Shown in pieces: positions 28,462 through 36,478 of a stretch of 64,000 bases of DNA. The notes beneath the pieces were generated by a model, which did not search any database, was not told the origin of the DNA, and saw only the letters and a list, made by a program, of their open reading frames with translations. Both the position numbers and the translations under genes were made by a program. Origin of the DNA: Phycisphaerae bacterium (GTDB taxonomy: Bacteria > Planctomycetota > Phycisphaerae > Phycisphaerales > SM1A02). Position 1 is the first letter of the stretch. Every line of letters begins with the position of its first letter. The stretch spans positions 7,848 to 71,847 of the forward strand of contig PKCS01000054.1 in assembly GCA_002862305.1 (NCBI GenBank). The letters run 5' to 3'.

Positions 28462-29208
28462 TCATGACCGGGAGGCCGAGAGGCCGTTCGGTTCGACCGA
28501 TTCGGGAGGTGCGTGCCAGAGATCGCGTATCGCCTCGTCGAAGAGGCGGTCGTCGGAGGTCAGGCCGGCCGCCTCCGCCTCCACCAGCTCCTCCTCGGTG
28601 AAGCTGTAGGTCTCGATCGCCAGCCTCAGCTCCGAACGGAGCCGATCCCGCACCCGTCGGGCATGGCGGGTCACGGTCGGTTCGCTGATCGAGAGCTGGC
28701 TGGACACCTCGCGCCCGGGGACCCCCTCCAGCACGCGAAGCCTGAAGACCTGGAAGTGCAGGAACTCGCTCGCGGACTCGGTCGCGCGGAGCGCGGCCAG
28801 GACCTTGGCCCGGAACATGCTTCGTTCGAACAGCTCGTCCGGCCCGGGCCCCCCCCACTGGGACATGAATCCCTCATCCAGGGAGAGCGCCCGCCGTCCT
28901 CCCCCGCGCTTGCGGGCGTTGCGGCGGTCCAGCTCGTCGAACAGCACGTGCCGCGCGATCGCCAGGAGCCAGCTGCTGAACCGGACCCCGCGTCCGGGGT
29001 CGAAGCGGTCGATGGAGGTGGACAATTCCGCCAGGGTCTCCTGGGTGAGGTCGAGGACCGTCTCCCGGCCGACCGATCCCCGCGCCCAGCGATCGAGCTG
29101 CCCCCGGATGACCGGACCGAACACCTCCCAGAGCTCGAGCCAGGCAGCCTCGTCACGATCACGCAGGCGCGCGACGAATCGTGTGGTGAGTGGGTTCATT
29201 CTGATCAC
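28462..29208 (-). CDS. ECF-type RNA polymerase sigma factor with a C-terminal extension
   Basis: Region 2 (DEAAWLELWEVFGPVIRGQL...LTQETLAEL...FSSWLLAIARHVLFDELDRR) and region 4 HTH (VLEGVPGREVSSQLSISEPTVTRHARRVRDRL), plus ~60 extra C-terminal residues. Start is GTG 29208 or ATG 29199. Confidence 0.85.
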   Translation of the reverse strand: MIRMNPLTTRFVARLRDRDEAAWLELWEVFGPVIRGQLDRWARGSVGRETVLDLTQETLAELSTSIDRFDPGRGVRFSSWLLAIARHVLFDELDRRNARKRGGGRRALSLDEGFMSQWGGPGPDELFERSMFRAKVLAALRATESASEFLHFQVFRLRVLEGVPGREVSSQLSISEPTVTRHARRVRDRLRSELRLAIETYSFTEEELVEAEAAGLTSDDRLFDEAIRDLWHAPPESVEPNGLSASRS

Positions 29209-29388
29209 GACCCCTTCTTCGGAGACGCACCCGGTGGATTTCAGGATTCGGGCCGGAACGTGAAATTACCGGGTCGGGGATCCCAAGAGGTGGAGGCGGC
29301 CTCGTTCGAGGGCGCCATTCCAGGCTCGACCGGACGGGCACACAGGACAAGTTAGGGCGCTTCGATCGCCCAGTACAGGAGTTTGACC

Positions 29389-30264
29389 ATGATTTCATTC
29401 TGCACGAAGCACCTTCTGAGATGGAGCCTGATCGCCACGGTGGTGGTCGGGGGGGCCACCTTCCTCGTGGGACCCGACCGGATCGCGGCGGGCTTCCAGC
29501 AGGTCAGGACCATCGCCGGGGAGACGATCGACGACCTGGTCGACGACCCGGTCGCCCTGCGGCGCCAGCTCGAGGGCCTCGCCGAGCAGTACCCGGACCG
29601 CATCGGGGAGGTGAAGGGCGAGCTTGCCGAGGTCGAGGGCCAGCTGCGCGAGCTTGAACAGGATTCCCTCGTGGCGGACCGGGTCGTCGAACTGACGACT
29701 CGGGACCTCGGCGCGCTGAAGTCACGCCTCGCGGGCGGGGGGAATGAGTCGGTGACCGGCCACAAGGTGCTGGTCGGCCACGATGCTGGATCGGTGGCAC
29801 CCGAACAGCTGAGGAGCGAGGGACGCCGGATCGTGGGGATCCGGGCCGCCTATCGGGACCGGATCGAAGGCAATCGACAACAGTCGCTCCTTCTCGAACG
29901 GCAACGGCAGAGACTGCAGGACATCCTCGGAAGGCTCGAGGCGGAGTACGGGGAGTTCGAGGCCAAGCTCTGGCAGCTCGACCGACAGATCGATTCGATC
30001 GAGCGGAACGAACGCCTGATCGCCATGACGAGGGAGCAGCAGGCGATGCTCGACGAGTTCGAGAAGCTGGGGAAGGTCGGCAACCTGCGCCAGCTGGAAG
30101 CCAAGCTCTCGGAGCTGCGAACCACCCAGGAGGCCCAGCTGCAGACCCTCGAGCTGCGGGGGGTGCGTGGCGAGTACGAGCAGCGAGCCCTTGAGGCAGT
30201 CGAGGTGGACCGGTCGGGAGACGAGGAATCCTCCCGTTCCGGGGACCTCGCCTGGCTCGACTAG
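29389..30264 (+). CDS. Membrane-anchored coiled-coil protein (PspA/IM30-like heptad character; unverified)
   Basis: AGGAG Shine-Dalgarno 7 nt before ATG 29389. N-terminal TM (WSLIATVVVGGATFLV) followed by ~250 aa rich in E/R/L/Q repeats. Strong GC3 bias supports coding. Confidence 0.5.
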   Translation: MISFCTKHLLRWSLIATVVVGGATFLVGPDRIAAGFQQVRTIAGETIDDLVDDPVALRRQLEGLAEQYPDRIGEVKGELAEVEGQLRELEQDSLVADRVVELTTRDLGALKSRLAGGGNESVTGHKVLVGHDAGSVAPEQLRSEGRRIVGIRAAYRDRIEGNRQQSLLLERQRQRLQDILGRLEAEYGEFEAKLWQLDRQIDSIERNERLIAMTREQQAMLDEFEKLGKVGNLRQLEAKLSELRTTQEAQLQTLELRGVRGEYEQRALEAVEVDRSGDEESSRSGDLAWLD

Positions 30265-30290
30265 CCGGAGCGCGGATCGGTCGGGCGTGC

Positions 30291-31601
30291 CTACCAGCGG
30301 ACGCGAGGCTGCCAGGACGCCCGACCGGTTCTCGGGTCGCGTTCGATCACCCACTCGATCGTGACGCTTCCGGAACCCGGCTGCTCGAGATGCAGTGCGG
30401 CCGGTGGTGCGGGCACACCACGTTCCCGCAGTTCCCGGGGCGACGGTGGGTTCCGGGCTGGCTTGAATCCCACCTCGAGGGTCGTGGGAAGCCGAGCGAG
30501 GAGCCGGGCGCAGAACGGATCGACGTCTCGTGCGGGATCATCGGCCCATCGAGCGCACGCTGCCCGGAGCACGGTCCCGTCCTCGATCCGGTTGGATTCG
30601 ATCTCCGCGTGGGCCAGCACGGGGCGGATGCACAGGGCCAGGCGACGCAATCCGGTCACCGGTCCGCTCTCGAGGTTGGCGAGGTGCCGCAGGAACGGGT
30701 CATCCGAATCGGGATCCGGCGCACCGCGGATCGGGGGTCGGCCGGGGACCACGTCCCGGTCGGCCAGCTCACGGATCGCCGACCGGAGCCAACGCGGACC
30801 TTCGGGGTCGCCGCCGTGCATGAGGTAGTGGACGACGGCCCAGGACTGGGCCTCCATCAGCCCGGCCTCCCCCGCGCGCTTGCGACGCTCCCATGACTCC
30901 GCATCCAGCTCGAACAACACGTCGAAGTCGAGCAGCTCGTCGGTCTCAAGGGCTTCGCGAAGCAGGGTCGGGAACCCCACGGGTGGCTCGCCCTGCACCA
31001 GCGCCCCGTCGACGAGGTGGAGGGCACCCACGTACTGCGCGAGTCCCTCCTGCAACCAGGGTGGCACGAGGGTGCCGAAGCGAGGCAGGAGGTACTGGTC
31101 GAGGACCGAGGACTTGAGGTCCTGCTGGATCGTGAGGGGATCGGACCCACCGAGGGCGAGGGCGATGACCTGGCCCTCGTCGGCGACGAAGCTGCAGGCG
31201 GTCCCCCGCTCTCGGAGGTCGGTGACGATGAATTCGGTCCTGACCACCAGATCCAGCTCCCGGGGATCGTCGAACACCAGCAACAGGGGGCGATCGAGGG
31301 CGCGGGTGGTCTCGACCGCGAGAAGCGTCTCCAGGACCGCTCGGGTCCGTTCCACCAGGTCGACCAGGGCACGAGTCTCGCCGGCCGGCCGTTCACTGCG
31401 GGCGCGCAGCCCGGAATCCCCCACGAAGGGGCTCGACCGGGCGGTCCAGGGCGGGCGAAGCGTCGGGGACTCCTGGGACCCGGCGTGCACGGGAAGCCAC
31501 CCCACGAGGCAGGGGGCGAGCAACAGGGCGAACCAGCATTGCATCGGCGAGGGGCGTCGGGGTCCTCGAGCTGGATGGTGGTGAGGCATCGTGACCATCA
31601 T
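30291..31601 (-). CDS. Secreted protein of unknown function (possible DUF1570-like / MA-clan-like fold)
   Basis: Signal peptide ...MQCWFALLLAPCLVGWLPVHAGS. WLQEGLAQYVGA and SWAVVHYLMHGG resemble planctomycetal DUF1570 proteins. The start is uncertain (ATG 31601, 31589 or 31544). Confidence 0.45.
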   Translation of the reverse strand: MMVTMPHHHPARGPRRPSPMQCWFALLLAPCLVGWLPVHAGSQESPTLRPPWTARSSPFVGDSGLRARSERPAGETRALVDLVERTRAVLETLLAVETTRALDRPLLLVFDDPRELDLVVRTEFIVTDLRERGTACSFVADEGQVIALALGGSDPLTIQQDLKSSVLDQYLLPRFGTLVPPWLQEGLAQYVGALHLVDGALVQGEPPVGFPTLLREALETDELLDFDVLFELDAESWERRKRAGEAGLMEAQSWAVVHYLMHGGDPEGPRWLRSAIRELADRDVVPGRPPIRGAPDPDSDDPFLRHLANLESGPVTGLRRLALCIRPVLAHAEIESNRIEDGTVLRAACARWADDPARDVDPFCARLLARLPTTLEVGFKPARNPPSPRELRERGVPAPPAALHLEQPGSGSVTIEWVIERDPRTGRASWQPRVRW

Positions 31602-32097
31602 CGCCCCTTGGGATGACCTCCCCAAGTCCCGGTTCGGGAATCGGGCCACGGCACGTGCCGCGGATGCCCGGCCGGGCCGACCCGGCCAAGGCGCACGCCG
31701 GATGGGGCAAAATCCTTCCTGTCGTCCCCTGAACGGGTGATTATGGGGTAAAGCGCCCGAAATCGGAGAATTTGATAACCCCTGTCTCAAATATCAGTTA
31801 TAGTCTTGGTACTGCACCGTTTCATGGGAGTCACGGTGCACTCTCTCTCTTCAAAGCTGACTACATGTCAGGCGTCTTTTGAGCAGCGGACATTTTCTTG
31901 GGAAAAGGGAAGCCGGTCCGCTGAGCGGCAGTTAGGTTCGATCTGACGATTGAGGGATCAGATGATCCGCCTAACACAGTTGGAACCCAGCAATGGGAGT
32001 CGTACCAACCGTCTCGAGCTTGCTCCCTGTGTGTGGGGGGCTCGCTCGAACAACACACCGCCGCGTCTCACATGACGTGAGGGACGGGAAAAAGGGA

Positions 32098-32133
32098 GAC
32101 AAGGCCGCGGAAACGCGGCCTTGTCCATTTTTT
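32098..32133. terminator. Bidirectional-looking intrinsic terminator
   Basis: 12-bp stem GACAAGGCCGCG / CGCGGCCTTGTC with loop GAAA. On the plus strand it is followed by CATTTTTT. On the minus strand it is followed by TCCCTTTTT, 45 nt after the SpoIID-like stop. Confidence 0.65.
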
Positions 32134-32178
32134 GGGGATGCCCGGCACGCGCCTGGGACGACGTGATGACCGATCAGC

Positions 32179-33555
32179 TTATTCCCAGGACTGTACGAGG
32201 GTGGCTTCGGGGTAGTACTCGAGGACCAGCTGCCGCCAGTCCACGCCCTCGCGTCCTCGCTCGAAGGCCCCGAACTGGCACAACCCGACCCCATGACCGA
32301 AGCCACGCCCTTGGACCACCAGGGCGTCACCATCGATCCTGGCTTCGAGGGCCTCGGATCTGAGGGGACCTGCTTCGCCGGATTCGAGCCTTGGTACGCG
32401 ACCAAGGAGCCGGCGAAGGTCATCCGAGTCGAGGCTCCGGCTCCCCCCCGCTCCATCCACGACGCGATGGCGGATGGGGCGGCCGGCGACGTTCCGTTCC
32501 GCGACCTCGATGCGGGCGAGGCCGTCGGGGAACCCGTCCCCGAACGCACGGGACAGGGCCGCCTCGACTTCGTCGAGGGGGAGGCGAACCTCCCACGCAC
32601 GGACCGGGGCACCCTCGCAGCAGGGTGACGGGCTCGAACGAGGCCGCAGGGGCGGGATGTCGTGGGACACTCGATCGGAGATCGAATCGACCGCGGACGC
32701 GGGAAGTCCCCCGCAACTCGAGGAGTAGTAGGCCGGGACCACCCGGCCCTCGTGCAGGAGCACGAACCCCCGCGTCGAGTCGATCGCCTCCCTCGCACGA
32801 TCCGAGGTCGTGAGTCCCGCCCACGCCTGGCTGGAGGGTCCGGCCACCAGGTCGAAGTGACGCCTCGACCGCCAGTAGGTGGATTCGGCCAGCGCGAAGC
32901 TCCGAGCCGCCACGGCCTGGGCCATGAAGGTCTCCAGCGGCCAGTGGCCGTAGAGTTCGCCGTCAAGCACGCCCGCGAGGTAGGTCTCCATGTCGAGTTC
33001 CACCACGACGTCCACGCGTGGCGGGGACGGCTCGCCGGGGCTCGATCCGGAGCCGGGCGACGCAGGCACCGGGACCAGGTCGATGGCGCCCGGGGACACC
33101 TGGCCGTCGAGGAGGATCGTCTCCGGAGCCCCCTCCAGGGTCCTGATCGACATCGGGCAGGCATCTGGGGTGGTGACCGCCGTGCCGTCGGCAGCACGGA
33201 CCACCCATCCGCCGGGGTCGTCCAGGCGACAGGTCAGGGGCGCAGTCAGCAACCTTGGTCGTCGTGCACAGTCATCGAAGACGAGCAGCCGCTGTTCGGG
33301 GCGACCGAGCTCGAGCTCGACCGGCCCTTCCAGGACCTCGGTTCGGAGACGAACGCCAGGCTCGCGAGGTGGTGGGAGTGGGCGGTTGTCGGGCCACGAC
33401 CCGGGGGCCGCCCCCCTGCCGCCGGTGCCGGCATCGGGCGATGGGGCGTCGGGACCCGGTCCACAGCCCGTCTGCAGGAGCAGGAGGCCGAGGCAGGACA
33501 CCACGATGGGGATCGTCGGGTGCCAACGGGATTCTCGGACAGCTGAGAGACGCAT
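32179..33555 (-). CDS. SpoIID/LytB-domain lipoprotein (lytic transglycosylase / amidase-enhancer family)
   Basis: Lipobox LLLQTGC. SpoIID hallmarks AQAVAARSFAL, YYSSSCGG, RGFGHGVGLCQFGA. Confidence 0.85.
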   Translation of the reverse strand: MRLSAVRESRWHPTIPIVVSCLGLLLLQTGCGPGPDAPSPDAGTGGRGAAPGSWPDNRPLPPPREPGVRLRTEVLEGPVELELGRPEQRLLVFDDCARRPRLLTAPLTCRLDDPGGWVVRAADGTAVTTPDACPMSIRTLEGAPETILLDGQVSPGAIDLVPVPASPGSGSSPGEPSPPRVDVVVELDMETYLAGVLDGELYGHWPLETFMAQAVAARSFALAESTYWRSRRHFDLVAGPSSQAWAGLTTSDRAREAIDSTRGFVLLHEGRVVPAYYSSSCGGLPASAVDSISDRVSHDIPPLRPRSSPSPCCEGAPVRAWEVRLPLDEVEAALSRAFGDGFPDGLARIEVAERNVAGRPIRHRVVDGAGGSRSLDSDDLRRLLGRVPRLESGEAGPLRSEALEARIDGDALVVQGRGFGHGVGLCQFGAFERGREGVDWRQLVLEYYPEATLVQSWE

Positions 33556-33607
33556 CGCACGTCGTCTCCGGCCGGGGACCCGGCGCCGGGAGGGCGTGAA
33601 GGACGCC

Positions 33608-34549
33608 CTACTCGAGCAGGCGCAGGTCGAGATTGAACTGGGACAGCTTCTCCCGGATCTCCACCAGACTGGTCTGGCCGAAGTTCTTCACCCCCATCAG
33701 CTCCGCCTCGGTGCGCGAGGCCAGGTCCCCGATGGTCTGGACCCCGAGCTGCTGGAGCGCCTTGCGGGCTCGCACCGAGAGTTCCAGGGCGGAGACGGGC
33801 TTGTTGAGGATGTGGTCGGGTGCCTTGCCCCGCAGCTCGTCGTAGATCTCCTTGCGGACCTGGCTGTACCGGCCCTCCAGGCCCTGTCCGAGCCGGAGGC
33901 CCTTCTGGGAGAGCATGGTCTTGATCTCGACCAGCGAGGTCTCGCCGAAGTTCTTGTAGGAGAGCAGCTCGGCCTCGGTGATCTTCAGGAGGTCGCCGAG
34001 GGTGCGGATCTTCATCTTCTTGAGGCAGTTCCTGGCCCGGACGCTGAGCTCGAAATCCGTGACCGGCGTGTCGAGCAGCGCGCTTCGCTTGGCGAGGTTC
34101 CGGTCCTGCTCCTCGTCGTAGTACATGTTCTTGGAGGCGACGATGTCCTTCATGAAGAGGCGCGCACGCGGGTTGTTGGGAGCGGTCTCGAGGACCTTCC
34201 GCAGGCAGCGTTCGGCGGCGTCGATGTCGCCTCGGTCCTCGTAGACGATCGCCAGGTTCACCATCGCGTTGAGGGGCGGCAGCGCGGACGATGAGTTGAT
34301 GATGCGCTCGTAGCAGGCGACGGATTCGTCCTCCTCGCCATGCTGGTCGAGCAGCCAACCGAGCCGGAACAGCACGTCCTGGCCGGCGCCGAGCTCGACC
34401 GCCTCGCGATAGGCGCTGATCGCGCCGAGCCGATCGCCTGACTCCTCGCAGGCCGCACCGCGGGCGGCGCAACCGGAGGCGGCTTCAGGATCGGCCGCCT
34501 TGACCGAACCACCAATGACCGTGTCGAGACCTTCGCCGGAATTCGTCAT
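33608..34549 (-). CDS. TPR protein with two tandem RNA polymerase alpha-subunit C-terminal-domain (alpha-CTD)-like modules
   Basis: Preferred start is ATG 34549. N-terminal TPRs (GDRLGAISAYREAVELG, EDESVACYERII, GDIDAAERCLRKVLETAP). Two alpha-CTD modules follow: LDTPVTDFELSVRARNCLKKMKIRTLGDLLKITEAELLSYKNFGETSLVEIKTML and VSALELSVRARKALQQLGVQTIGDLASRTEAELMGVKNFGQTSLVEIREKL. Confidence 0.8.
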   Translation of the reverse strand: MTNSGEGLDTVIGGSVKAADPEAASGCAARGAACEESGDRLGAISAYREAVELGAGQDVLFRLGWLLDQHGEEDESVACYERIINSSSALPPLNAMVNLAIVYEDRGDIDAAERCLRKVLETAPNNPRARLFMKDIVASKNMYYDEEQDRNLAKRSALLDTPVTDFELSVRARNCLKKMKIRTLGDLLKITEAELLSYKNFGETSLVEIKTMLSQKGLRLGQGLEGRYSQVRKEIYDELRGKAPDHILNKPVSALELSVRARKALQQLGVQTIGDLASRTEAELMGVKNFGQTSLVEIREKLSQFNLDLRLLE

Positions 34550-34756
34550 GCTTGCGCTCCGATTCTTCAACCTGACGGACCCTGGGGCATCGCAGGCCCC
34601 GATCGACCGGTCCTGGCGGGGGTCCCATCCGCACAGTGGTTCTCCGGGGCAGACGGGACAGTCTATCCGGTTCCCCGGCACAGGACAACGCAGCGAAAAC
34701 ACCCCCCTACGGGGCGGCAGGACCGGTAGGCTCGTGATGGATCGATTGCGTGGCGG

Positions 34757-36406
34757 CTAGAGATCGACCAGCTGCATGTCGCTCTCGACGTGCACGGTTC
34801 CCTCGGTGGGCAGTTCCGTGTCCGCGAAGCACTCGAGCCCGGGGACGGCCGCCATCCGCTCCCGGACCTGCTCGGAGGTCAGGCTGAACGAGGGGCGATC
34901 GGCACGGGCGGCGATCAGCTCGCAGGCGATCTGGGCCTCTCCCTTGCCGAAGTCGATCGCCTTGATGGCGCGGGCGAAGCTCTGGAGCCGGCCACCGACG
35001 TTCTCGAAGGTCCCGGACTTCTCGGCCCAGGTCACGGAGGGCAGCACCACGCTGGCGATCTCGCAGAGGTCGTTCCGGAGGGTGTCGACGAGGATCAGCG
35101 GGGTGCTGCCGATGGCGGCGCGCAGGTCGTCGGTCACCCAGTCGCTCGGGTAGTTCCCGGTCAGGAGGAGGCAGCCCACCCCGGTGCCGACCCGCTCGAG
35201 GAACTCCGGCGACTCGAGGACCTGGCAACCGGTCGCGGCGAGCACCCGGCGGACTCCCCGGGCGTTCGGGGCCTTCTCGTTGCAGATCGTGTACCCGCCG
35301 GGGAAGGTCTTCGATTCACCGTCCACCGGGACGGGACCGATCCCGAAGATCACTTCCGGATCGACCGAGCGCGACCATTCCGCGAGCAGGAACGCATCCT
35401 CGCAGGTGATCATCGGGCTGATCATCACCGCGAGCCTGCCCCCGGCCGCGACTGCCTCGGAGGCGATTCGATTGGTCTCGGTGACCGCGATGGTCCACGC
35501 CGTGGGTGCCTGCTCGGTGAGGAACGGCTCCTCGCCCGCGACGACCGGCATGGTGAGGCGATGGTCCGAATGGATGAACTTGAAGCCGTAGCGGACCTCG
35601 TCGGTGATCCACCACTTGTTGATGGACTCGTTCCGGCGCGGCTTCACGCGGTAGATCGTCCCCTCGTTGTGTTCGAGGTAGATGTTGTCCCCGCTGGCGG
35701 TGATCCCGTCGATGGAGGGTGTCTTCTTCAGGAACCAGACCCGCTGCTGGAAGAGGAAGTCCTTGTCCAGGAGGGCGCCGACCGGGCAGAGGTCGATCAC
35801 GTTCGCGGACAGCTCGTTGTCGAGGGCCATGCCCGGGAACACGTCGATCTGGTTGTGCGAGCCACGACCCTCCACCATGAGCTCCGCGGTGCCCGTGACC
35901 TCCCGCGTGAAGCGGACGCATCGGGTGCACATGATGCAGCGGTCGGAGTAGAGCAGGACGTTCGGACCGACGTCCTTCTTGGGCTGCTTGTTCTTGTCCT
36001 CCTGGAAGCGGCTCTGCCCGCGGCCGTACTGGTAGGAGTAGTCCTGGAGGTGGCACTCGCCGGCCTGGTCGCAGACCGGGCAGTCCACCGGGTGGTTGAC
36101 CAGCAGCAGTTCCATGACCGCCTTCTGGTTCGCGATGGCGTGCGGGGTGTTGGTGGAGACGACCATGCCGTCCGCCGCGGGGGTCGAGCAGGTCGGGACC
36201 AGCTTGCCCAGGTACTCGAGCTTGTTGTCGTTCCGGGGATTCGGCTGCCAGATCTCGGCCAGGCAGATGCGGCAGTTGGCCGGGACGCTCAACGACTCGT
36301 GGTAGCAGTAGTGCGGGATCTCGATCCCATGGTCGGTCGCCAGCTGAAGGATCGAGGGACCCTTCTCGAAATCAATGTCTATTCCATTGATCGTGATGTT
36401 CGGCAT
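34757..36406 (-). CDS. nuoG: NADH-quinone oxidoreductase subunit G-like Fe-S protein (short form)
   Basis: MPNITINGIDIDF...HYCYHESLSVPANCRICLAEI (2Fe-2S), HPVDCPVCDQAGECHLQD, CIMCTRCVRF, LCPVGAL, then a truncated molybdopterin-like domain. Confidence 0.82.
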   Translation of the reverse strand: MPNITINGIDIDFEKGPSILQLATDHGIEIPHYCYHESLSVPANCRICLAEIWQPNPRNDNKLEYLGKLVPTCSTPAADGMVVSTNTPHAIANQKAVMELLLVNHPVDCPVCDQAGECHLQDYSYQYGRGQSRFQEDKNKQPKKDVGPNVLLYSDRCIMCTRCVRFTREVTGTAELMVEGRGSHNQIDVFPGMALDNELSANVIDLCPVGALLDKDFLFQQRVWFLKKTPSIDGITASGDNIYLEHNEGTIYRVKPRRNESINKWWITDEVRYGFKFIHSDHRLTMPVVAGEEPFLTEQAPTAWTIAVTETNRIASEAVAAGGRLAVMISPMITCEDAFLLAEWSRSVDPEVIFGIGPVPVDGESKTFPGGYTICNEKAPNARGVRRVLAATGCQVLESPEFLERVGTGVGCLLLTGNYPSDWVTDDLRAAIGSTPLILVDTLRNDLCEIASVVLPSVTWAEKSGTFENVGGRLQSFARAIKAIDFGKGEAQIACELIAARADRPSFSLTSEQVRERMAAVPGLECFADTELPTEGTVHVESDMQLVDL

Positions 36407-36478
36407 GGGGATTCCGGGAGGACTGGACCTGCTGGGACTGGGTGCCCATTCTAGCAGCCCCCCCGGGCAGGGGAGCGA

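Noticed and set aside
29255-29275. ECF-type promoter (GGAAC ... GTC) upstream of the coiled-coil gene
   Set aside because: The spacing between GGAAC and the GTC element is only 13 nt rather than the usual ~16-17, so it is not a convincing ECF promoter.
34790-36454. 554-aa plus-strand ORF
   Set aside because: Antisense to nuoG, whose Fe-S Cys motifs clearly define the true frame.
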